Positions 55,499-62,872 of a DNA stretch of 64,000 nt are shown one piece after another. The number at the start of each line of letters is the position of its first letter. The first letter of the stretch is position 1. The notes below the pieces were generated by a model, which was given only the letters and a program-made list of their open reading frames with translations, had not been told where the DNA came from and did no database searches. The DNA lies in NCBI GenBank assembly GCA_029245905.1, contig JAQWOJ010000024.1, positions 6,114 to 70,113 of the forward strand, read 5' to 3'. This DNA is from Gammaproteobacteria bacterium (GTDB lineage Bacteria; Pseudomonadota; Gammaproteobacteria; Pseudomonadales; Pseudohongiellaceae). A program made the translations under genes and the position numbers.

Positions 55499-56764
55499 AT
55501 GCCTAGACAAAGAACAACACGAAGAGGGTTTTTGAATCAAGCGGGGTCTTTTATGGCCTTAGCAGCGGCAAACATGGGCGGCGCCCTTCCACTGCAAGCT
55601 CTGAATCAGAATACCCAACTAAAAATACGCTCTGTAGAAGCTTACCCAATTTACATTAATGAGCGATCCGAAGGGCTATTAGAACCACCCTCTTTTGACG
55701 ATGACAACGACCCCGATCGCTGGCGATTCGGCGGCCCTTTTGAACAATTGCCGTCGGCAATAATCTCGATCATAAAAACTAACGAGGGACTCACCGGTTT
55801 CGGAATGGGTGCAGGGGGTAGCGCAGCCGTGGAGATCATAAACGGGCATCTCAGGCACTTGTTAATGAACGCTAATCCTCTTAATGTCGAGCAACTCTGG
55901 GATCAAATGTATACCTCTGGTGTCTTTTACGGTCGCAGAGGTGTTTTCGCGATGGCACTTAGCGCAGTAGATAACGCGCTTTGGGACATTGCTGGCAAAT
56001 ATTCTGGATTACCTGTCCACGAGCTAATTGGTGGTGCTGGTCGAGACCGTATTGAGATCTACCAGACAAACGGTAACTTTTTAGAGGGAAAAGCTCGCGG
56101 CGTGAAGAATTTTAAAAGGACAACCTACGGAGGACCAAGGACCCCCAAACCGGTACTAGATAACTTTGTAAATTCCGTGCTTGAAGCGAGAGACCAACTT
56201 GGGGCGAACGTTCGAATTATGACGGATTGCGTTTCCCGGGACGGTACTGTTGAGTGGGCGTTACCTTTTTGTGAACGTCTAAAAGAAGCAAATCTCTATT
56301 TTATGGAAGAACTTTTATCTCCCGATGATGTATTTGGCTATGCAGAACTAGTTAATCGAGTAGGCAAAAAAGGCGAAGGGTGGACTCGTATTGCATGTGG
56401 CGAACATGAATACACAGAACACGGATTTAAAGTCCTAGTTGGACTTGGGTCGGCGGACATACTTCAACCAGATATTACCTGGTGCGGTGGCACCACAGCG
56501 GGAAGAAGAATTTCCGCGATAGTCGAAGAGGCGGGCCTGGAATTAATACCTCACAGAGGGGCCAGCTGCTGGGGATTCCCTATTGCTTTAACCTCCCTGA
56601 GCTGTAGTATGGCGGAAAGTTTTCCTGAAGGTTCCGCGATTTTAGATGCCATGTCCTGCAGAGTTGAAGACGGCTACGTGCTAGCTCCGAGCGAACCGGG
56701 ATTTGGACATTCTCTTACTGAAGAGATGGTATTTGATTCCCGGCTAAAGCCTGAAAATAAATAA
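55499..56764 (+). CDS. Enolase-superfamily (mandelate racemase/muconate-lactonizing/acid-sugar dehydratase) protein with a twin-arginine signal
   Basis: 421 aa. It has TTRRGFLNQAGSFMALAAA, then an MR/MLE-like N-domain and a barrel with metal-ligand-like D/E/E positions (IMTDC, FMEEL, ACGEHE) and DILQPDITWCGG. Confidence 0.75.
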   Translation: MPRQRTTRRGFLNQAGSFMALAAANMGGALPLQALNQNTQLKIRSVEAYPIYINERSEGLLEPPSFDDDNDPDRWRFGGPFEQLPSAIISIIKTNEGLTGFGMGAGGSAAVEIINGHLRHLLMNANPLNVEQLWDQMYTSGVFYGRRGVFAMALSAVDNALWDIAGKYSGLPVHELIGGAGRDRIEIYQTNGNFLEGKARGVKNFKRTTYGGPRTPKPVLDNFVNSVLEARDQLGANVRIMTDCVSRDGTVEWALPFCERLKEANLYFMEELLSPDDVFGYAELVNRVGKKGEGWTRIACGEHEYTEHGFKVLVGLGSADILQPDITWCGGTTAGRRISAIVEEAGLELIPHRGASCWGFPIALTSLSCSMAESFPEGSAILDAMSCRVEDGYVLAPSEPGFGHSLTEEMVFDSRLKPENK

Positions 56765-56788
56765 TTGATAATAATGAAAGGAGATACT

Positions 56789-57331
56789 ATGTCGGAAGAA
56801 CTTACGGTAGCTACCGAATCAAAAACAAAGATTTTAATTGGTGGATCGATTGCCGCGATATTAGCCATGGGTATCGTCGGCTTTATAATTTTCTCTGTAG
56901 TTTGTCCTTGCGAAAGAACCCCGGGTGGATTCTTGTTTGGTCCAAGCTATGACGAACCCGTTTCTGACTGGTCGTTCGCTAATCAAGTACCCCTTTGTCA
57001 ATTACAGATATACGCTGGCGTTCGACCTCATTCAATTAATTTAAATTGTATGTCTACACAAGAAGGTGAGATGTACTTAAGTTGTTCCTTCTGCGATACA
57101 AAGTATTGGGCCAGCAAAGTGGGTAAAGATGAAATAGGTGTTATGCGGTTAGACGGTACGACATATCCGATCCATGTGAATCGTATCACCGATCCAACAA
57201 CAATGGACCGGGCATGGCGCGCGCGCGTCGCTAAACTTCAAAATTTCGCCTCCCCTTACAACCCTGCTCCTGATCCAAACGCGGAACGCCCAGACAGATG
57301 GTGGACGTTCCAAATTACATCGCGATCCTAG
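56789..57331 (+). CDS. Membrane-anchored hypothetical protein (paralog family A, member 1)
   Basis: ORF 56765-57331. The preferred start is the ATG at 56789 (MSEELTV), preceded by AAAGGAGA. It has one N-terminal TM helix and is related to the 62269-62784 product (shared G-x-F-x-G...SDWS...R-x-D...Y...RI pattern). Confidence 0.5.
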   Translation: MSEELTVATESKTKILIGGSIAAILAMGIVGFIIFSVVCPCERTPGGFLFGPSYDEPVSDWSFANQVPLCQLQIYAGVRPHSINLNCMSTQEGEMYLSCSFCDTKYWASKVGKDEIGVMRLDGTTYPIHVNRITDPTTMDRAWRARVAKLQNFASPYNPAPDPNAERPDRWWTFQITSRS

Positions 57332-57353
57332 AGTATCAACGAGGCCTACAATT

Positions 57354-58298
57354 ATGCGAATTTTTAGAAATCTGCCGTTAGGATTGCTTTTATTAGGTAC
57401 ATTGTCTGCACAAGCTCAAGAACGCAGTTGGGTTGATTTAGCGGTTCATAATTTTGGGGCTCCTATCAACACGATGTGGGCTGAAGGGGAGCTATCTTTC
57501 GCAGCAGACGGTACGATGGTTTATTGCAGCGCCCGCCAAGACATGGCAGTCGCACCAGGCGACCCCAAAGACCTTTATATCTCAACTTTTAATGAAGAAA
57601 CCGGCGGCTGGAATCAGCCGATTAATATGGGATTGCCAATCAATGCCGCTCCGGCGACAGATGTCGATCCGCTCAGACTTGGTGATGATCGCGAGCCATG
57701 GATTACCGCAGACGGCAATACCATTTACTTCAAGTCTGATCGTCTCGCGACCTCTAGCCCAAACAATGCGACCGACCTTTTTGTAACACATAAGATAGAC
57801 GGTGTGTGGTCAACACCGGAGCTCATACCTTATCCAATAAGCACTGATGAAGGAAACGAGCACTGCCCGGCTATTTTGCAGGACGGGGAAACATTGTGCT
57901 TTGCTTCGCGCAGGCCGGGCGGATTCGGCGGATCGGATATCTATTGTTCGCAGCAGGACGATGCCGGAACTTGGATGGAACCAGTAAATCAAGGGCCAAA
58001 CATCAATACGGCAGGGGAAGAATTTCACTTTACTCAAGATACAGATGGTATGGTGTATTTTACTTCGAATAGGCCTGGTGGTTACGGAGGGATGGATATT
58101 TACGGATCGATGCAGCAAGGGCAAAACAGCTGGGGCTCAGCGTATAATCTAGGCCCGCAAGTGAATACGGCTTCTGCCGATATGTGCCCAGCACTACCGC
58201 CTGGAACGGGCACCATTTCATGGTTCTCTTCGCGGGAAGACAACAGCCTAGGAAATATAGATATATTCTGGACGAATAAATTGAATACCGCGCGCTAG
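57354..58298 (+). CDS. Secreted PD40/TolB-like beta-propeller repeat protein
   Basis: 314 aa with a signal peptide. It has repeated PD40-type blades (YFKSDRL, CFASRRPGGFGGSDIY, YFTSNRPGGYGGMDIY, SWFSSRED). Confidence 0.7.
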   Translation: MRIFRNLPLGLLLLGTLSAQAQERSWVDLAVHNFGAPINTMWAEGELSFAADGTMVYCSARQDMAVAPGDPKDLYISTFNEETGGWNQPINMGLPINAAPATDVDPLRLGDDREPWITADGNTIYFKSDRLATSSPNNATDLFVTHKIDGVWSTPELIPYPISTDEGNEHCPAILQDGETLCFASRRPGGFGGSDIYCSQQDDAGTWMEPVNQGPNINTAGEEFHFTQDTDGMVYFTSNRPGGYGGMDIYGSMQQGQNSWGSAYNLGPQVNTASADMCPALPPGTGTISWFSSREDNSLGNIDIFWTNKLNTAR

Positions 58299-58307
58299 GA
58301 ATTCAAA

Positions 58308-58344
58308 GATTAAGGCTGCGACGAACAAAGTCGTAGCCTTAATC
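58308..58344. terminator. Strong hairpin between convergent genes (candidate bidirectional terminator)
   Basis: GATTAAGGCTGCGAC-GAACAAA-GTCGTAGCCTTAATC forms a 15-bp stem with one G-T position. Only a short T run follows, on the minus strand. Confidence 0.5.
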
Positions 58345-58352
58345 TACTCGGA

Positions 58353-59231
58353 TTAGACTAAAGCCCTATCGAACAAATTTAATAACCTGCCCCAAGCCCG
58401 TTCCGCTTGGGTTTGATGATAAACCTGAGAATCGATAGCACACCAGCCATGCATCGCATCCTGATAGACCTCGATCTCTGCTCTTATTCCCGCATCCGCG
58501 TATGTTTCTCGCAAAGTTTCCTTGGCCTGCGGGTCGTTATCGTCGTCATTTTGGGCGACGCAATGCAGCATCTGGGCGCGCGTATCTTCAATAAGCAGGT
58601 GAGGGCTATCAGGATTGCTAGTCGCTAGCCCGCCCCCATGAAAAGTAGCGCCAGCCGCCATTCTCTCTGGCACCGCTGCCACAGTCCGCATGACCATCGC
58701 CCCCCCCATGCAATAACCGGTGGTACCTATCCCTTTATTTGTATCAACCTCAGGCTGTTCATCAAGCCAACTAATGAAGGCTCTCGCATCAGAAAAATGG
58801 GTTTCCGCATTTAAATTCTGAGCCATGGGGAGAACGATCTCTCGTGTTTCAGGTTGACTAAAACTGGCGCCAAAACCAACGACAGGAGCATGCGCATCCC
58901 GATAAAAAGGGTTCACCGTTAGCACCGCATAACCTGCGCGAGCGAGCCTTTTACCCATTTCTCGAAAAGCCGGCCGGAGAGCAAGGATATCTGGCCATAC
59001 TAGAACTGCCGCGTGGGCACCCTGTGAGGGATACACAAAATAACAATCAGCGACACCATCAGGTGTCCTGATTTCGATATCCCGTTCAGACACCGACTGC
59101 GCATTTACCATTGGTGGGAACATCATCGCCAAGCCTGCGCCAGTCGCTATTTTTGTAAAGTCACGGCGAGTCATTTCTGGATGTCGACGCAAGTACTCTT
59201 CCACGTCTTTTTGAGTATCGTTATCGCACAT
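58353..59231 (-). CDS. Tat-exported dienelactone hydrolase family protein
   Basis: 292 aa. It has the twin-arginine signal MTRRDFTKIATGAGLAM and a Cys nucleophile elbow (TGYCMGGAM), as in dienelactone hydrolases. Confidence 0.8.
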   Translation of the reverse strand: MCDNDTQKDVEEYLRRHPEMTRRDFTKIATGAGLAMMFPPMVNAQSVSERDIEIRTPDGVADCYFVYPSQGAHAAVLVWPDILALRPAFREMGKRLARAGYAVLTVNPFYRDAHAPVVGFGASFSQPETREIVLPMAQNLNAETHFSDARAFISWLDEQPEVDTNKGIGTTGYCMGGAMVMRTVAAVPERMAAGATFHGGGLATSNPDSPHLLIEDTRAQMLHCVAQNDDDNDPQAKETLRETYADAGIRAEIEVYQDAMHGWCAIDSQVYHQTQAERAWGRLLNLFDRALV

Positions 59232-59543
59232 GTAATTTCTCCTTTATCTCTTTTGACTCACCATTTATCTTATGATTGGAGCCAATTTTAACGATTTTAG
59301 CGAGCGTTGTTTATATCCTGAGCCTTTTTTTAATGTGAGTAGAGTATTTGGGACTAACTCAAAACTCAAGCTTCCAAGGAAAGAAAGTCTTTTTTTATTG
59401 AATTTCGTCGCGCATACGGGTAAAAATTCACCTGAACTGCGCTACTCCTTTGAATTCAGTGATTAGTAAAATGTTTGCTATAAACCGAACCGAAAGCACT
59501 GCCAACCAGAGTTAAGCGATATATAAAAAATAAAGGCGCTTTT

Positions 59544-60671
59544 ATGAATCATCCTACCAGACGCTCGTTCCTAAAAAAGATCGCGGTCGCTAGTGGCACG
59601 TTTGTGATCCCCCGTATGAGTCTCGCGCAACAGAACTGGCAAGTAAGAACAATAGCTGGAACAGGGATCGCGGGTTATGAATTCGAGGGTTCTGATGGAC
59701 TCATTGCAACCGAGACGCCCATTAATAACCCCTATGGAGTAGTTATTGGCCCAGGCAATGACCTGTATTTTTGCGAGGTTGACACAGGCCGAACCAGGCG
59801 ACTCAATCTTTCAAATAATCGGCTAACTACAATCGCGGGTAATGGCGAAAAAGGCTTTGTGACCGAATCTCGCAGACCTCTTGAGACTTCTTTCAACGCG
59901 CCACATGAGATCCGCTGGGATGAGCAAGGTAATCTTTATATCGTTGAGCGGGATTCCCATAGCGTGCGCCGGATTGCAGCTCAATCGGGGTTGGTGACAA
60001 TTCTAGCCGGGAACGGCGAACCCGGAGATGGAGGCGATGGCGGAACAGCAGTCCTATCACAACTTAACCGCCCCCATAGCATCGCGTTCGATTCAAGTGG
60101 TAATCTTTTGATTTGCGATATTGGAAACCACCGCCTGCGAATAGTCGATCGGGATACCGGGATAATCCGAACTCTAGCAGGTACAGGAGAGCGGGTAGAA
60201 ACGCCAGATACCGGGCAGTTAGAAGGGACACCCCTACTAGGACCACGGTCTATAGATACTGATCCGAATGGAAACGCCTACCTTGTGCTAAGAGAAGGCA
60301 ATGCAATATTTCAGATCGACATACAAGGTAATCGTCTTCAACGCATCGCTGGGACCGGAGAGCAAGGTTATACGGGAGATGGCGGACCGGCGACAAGCTG
60401 CACTTTCAATGGCCCCAAAGGGATCGCCTACTCCAGACAAGATCACTCTCTATACATCGTCGATACGGAAAACCATGTTATTCGTCGCTTGGCCCTAGCA
60501 ACCGGCATTATCGACACAGTTTTAGGGAACGGCGAACGGGGGAACGGGCCCGACGGTAATCCATTAAATTGTAAGACGGACCGCCCCCACGGTGTATGTG
60601 TTCACGAAGGCTTAGTTTACGTAACTGACAGCGAGAGCCATCGCGTTCGTGCTATATCAGGTTTGATGTAA
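59544..60671 (+). CDS. Tat-exported NHL-repeat beta-propeller protein
   Basis: 375 aa. It has the twin-arginine signal PTRRSFLKKIAVASG and six NHL-like blades (VERDSHSVRRI, CDIGNHRLRIVD, VDTENHVIRRL, TDSESHRVRAI). Confidence 0.75.
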   Translation: MNHPTRRSFLKKIAVASGTFVIPRMSLAQQNWQVRTIAGTGIAGYEFEGSDGLIATETPINNPYGVVIGPGNDLYFCEVDTGRTRRLNLSNNRLTTIAGNGEKGFVTESRRPLETSFNAPHEIRWDEQGNLYIVERDSHSVRRIAAQSGLVTILAGNGEPGDGGDGGTAVLSQLNRPHSIAFDSSGNLLICDIGNHRLRIVDRDTGIIRTLAGTGERVETPDTGQLEGTPLLGPRSIDTDPNGNAYLVLREGNAIFQIDIQGNRLQRIAGTGEQGYTGDGGPATSCTFNGPKGIAYSRQDHSLYIVDTENHVIRRLALATGIIDTVLGNGERGNGPDGNPLNCKTDRPHGVCVHEGLVYVTDSESHRVRAISGLM

Positions 60672-60685
60672 CTACCCTCAAACCA

Positions 60686-61492
60686 CTATTCATAATAGTA
60701 AGGCGAAAGGTTTAGAGAATTTGCCAACTCCAAGCTATGTTCTAACCAAAACGTAGCACCACTCTCCTGCCTTATTATCTCAATCTTGTTCATGGACCGA
60801 AGCGTTTCCTCAGAATCCGTATTGAATATCGGGGTTCTTCTCAGCAGCCGGCTAGCCTCAAAGTGATAGAGATCGCCAGAGAGAATCAAAGGTCCAAAAT
60901 TCTCTAACTCGAGTTTTAGAGTTTGATGGCCGGGTGTATGCCCAGGGGCAGAGAGGATCATAACTTTACCATCCCCGAAAACGTCATGATCACCCTGAAG
61001 CAGAATTTTCGTCGAACCAAGCAGATCGCTATAAAGTGGTGGCCGGAAAATTGGATTTGTTTCGGCCTCATGAAATGCCGCGATATATTCGGTTTCCTGA
61101 ATCAACAAAGTTGCATCACTAAATGCGTTCGCAGCACCCGTATGATCATAATGAAAATGAGAATAAGCGGCAAAATCTATATCTTGCGGTTCTACGCCAA
61201 TATCGCCGAGTTGATCAATCAAAGACGTCTCATACCAACTTGTCGCATCCGACTGTCGCGGGCCTACCATATCAAGGGGTAATCCCGCATCCCAAATCAT
61301 TTTACCATCAGGATGATCAATCAAGTAACAGGGAACAAAAAGTTCCCTTACGTCAGTTTCCTCATTGGTTAACCCGAAATTACTTACGTCATCGAAATAT
61401 AGGTGTCCGCAGTCAAATACATAGAGTTTTATGTTAGCTTGTGAAGCTGAAACTAGCGCCGTCATACCCAACGCAAAAACAAATTTTCTCAT
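60686..61492 (-). CDS. Secreted metallo-beta-lactamase-fold hydrolase, N-acyl-homoserine-lactonase-like
   Basis: 268 aa with a signal peptide. It has the HxHxDH motif in SHFHYDHTG, then GHTPGH and a later D/H. Its size and pattern resemble AiiA-type lactonases. Confidence 0.7.
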   Translation of the reverse strand: MRKFVFALGMTALVSASQANIKLYVFDCGHLYFDDVSNFGLTNEETDVRELFVPCYLIDHPDGKMIWDAGLPLDMVGPRQSDATSWYETSLIDQLGDIGVEPQDIDFAAYSHFHYDHTGAANAFSDATLLIQETEYIAAFHEAETNPIFRPPLYSDLLGSTKILLQGDHDVFGDGKVMILSAPGHTPGHQTLKLELENFGPLILSGDLYHFEASRLLRRTPIFNTDSEETLRSMNKIEIIRQESGATFWLEHSLELANSLNLSPYYYE

Positions 61493-61623
61493 TTTTCTCT
61501 CTCTTTTTTATCGGAAGGCTTGAGCGCCTGTATTAAGTTAACATTAGATTGATCCTTACTTGAAAGAGTTTCACTCACATTTCGTAAGGGACTTATTTCA
61601 GCAGGACTTATTCTGATTACAAA

Positions 61624-62025
61624 TTAGTTCGCTAGACGCAGTTCAATCGGAATAGAATTTTCGCGCCCCCCAGTTAATGTCCCAATAAAAGAGTCGCTCC
61701 AACCGTATTTTTCATGCATCAAACGATTTATCTTTTCGCTCTTCTCCTCTCTCAATGCCCACGTGTATTTGTAGCGTCGACCGTTGCGTGTTAATTCAAC
61801 AATCTCCTCTAACTGCATCCGAGCAAACCACTGTGAACCATCCGCACCAACTCTTAAGTATTGGTAACCATCGTCATCCGCAACCCAAAGTCTGGTGGAC
61901 ACCTCTTTGTCTGTCTGATCAACAGTATAAAGTTCCACGACCTCAACCCGTTCGGAGGCAAGAAGCTGGATAATAAAAAGGAGGATTACAACTAGACCTA
62001 AGGTTAAAAAAAACGTCTTAGACAT
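61624..62025 (-). CDS. Membrane-anchored hypothetical protein (distant member of paralog family A)
   Basis: 133 aa with an AAGAGGTG RBS and one N-terminal TM helix. It shares the pattern R-x-W-V/L-A..D..., V-x-L-x-R/T...Y and a C-terminal KY with 62269-62784. Confidence 0.5.
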   Translation of the reverse strand: MSKTFFLTLGLVVILLFIIQLLASERVEVVELYTVDQTDKEVSTRLWVADDDGYQYLRVGADGSQWFARMQLEEIVELTRNGRRYKYTWALREEKSEKINRLMHEKYGWSDSFIGTLTGGRENSIPIELRLAN

Positions 62026-62074
62026 ACACCTCTTACCTTGCTATAAAGGGTGGTTAGGCGAATGATCATAGCAT

Positions 62075-62122
62075 AAAAAAAAAGGAACATTCCCACACGG
62101 AGCTAAAAGGCAGGAATGTTCC
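62075..62122 (-). terminator. Terminator-like hairpin plus T9 lying upstream of, not after, a minus-strand gene
   Basis: On the minus strand the sequence is GGAACATTCC, a 19-nt loop and GGAATGTTCC, followed by TTTTTTTTT. It ends 50 nt upstream of the ATG at 62025. Confidence 0.45.
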
Positions 62123-62268
62123 AAGGGCATCAGAGATAAGCCTTTCAACAGCACGTCAAATATAAGGCTTGAGTCATATAAAACGACATCGCCACAGAAA
62201 CAGATCACTAATTACTGGGCCCCTATTGTGATTATTCCGTTTTTATAAGCGTTTTTTGAGATGACAAT

Positions 62269-62784
62269 ATGAATAAAGTTACTAGAGTGCTTACCTTTTC
62301 GGTCTACGGCGTGCTGGCTACTGTCGCAATATTCGCAGTCGGAACGCGCTTCACAGACGGTCCTTTGGCAGTATTTACTGGCGGTCCTTTTAAGTCTGGT
62401 GAAATAACCGAAGCTCCTAGTGATTGGAGCTACCTTAAGGACCGAGGTGAAATCCAGTTTCAGACGATGGAGCCTGATAGATCCCGGACAGTGTGGCTTG
62501 CTACACATGACCGAAGACTATTTATAGTCAGTGGTTATATGAACACAAGGCAGGGCGGTATTTGGAAGCAATGGCCTCACTATCTTGAAAATGACGATCG
62601 CGTGATTCTTCGAATTGACGATAAACTCTACGAACAGCGGCTCCAACGTATTATGCAGGGACCGGAGGTTATTCCTGTCCTGAACGAGCTGGCCCGAAAA
62701 TATTTTAGTGGCAATGAAGGCCTTGGCACGGAAGAGACTATAACTAGCGGTGATACTTGGATGTTTGAGGTGGTTTCTAGGTAA
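62269..62784 (+). CDS. Membrane-anchored hypothetical protein (paralog family A, member 2)
   Basis: 171 aa with one N-terminal TM helix. See the entry for 56789-57331. Confidence 0.5.
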   Translation: MNKVTRVLTFSVYGVLATVAIFAVGTRFTDGPLAVFTGGPFKSGEITEAPSDWSYLKDRGEIQFQTMEPDRSRTVWLATHDRRLFIVSGYMNTRQGGIWKQWPHYLENDDRVILRIDDKLYEQRLQRIMQGPEVIPVLNELARKYFSGNEGLGTEETITSGDTWMFEVVSR

Positions 62785-62872
62785 GACGACGGGAAGTTAT
62801 GCGCACATAAAGATAAGACTGAACACATAGCATGAAAACCAACAGCCAATCTTGACGGCAAAGAGAAACATA

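Noticed and set aside
61575-61610. A 9-bp direct repeat GGACTTATT occurs twice, 15 bp apart, downstream of the 61624-62025 gene.
   Set aside because: It is short, a single pair, and has no associated structure or neighbouring binding-protein gene, so it is likely coincidental.
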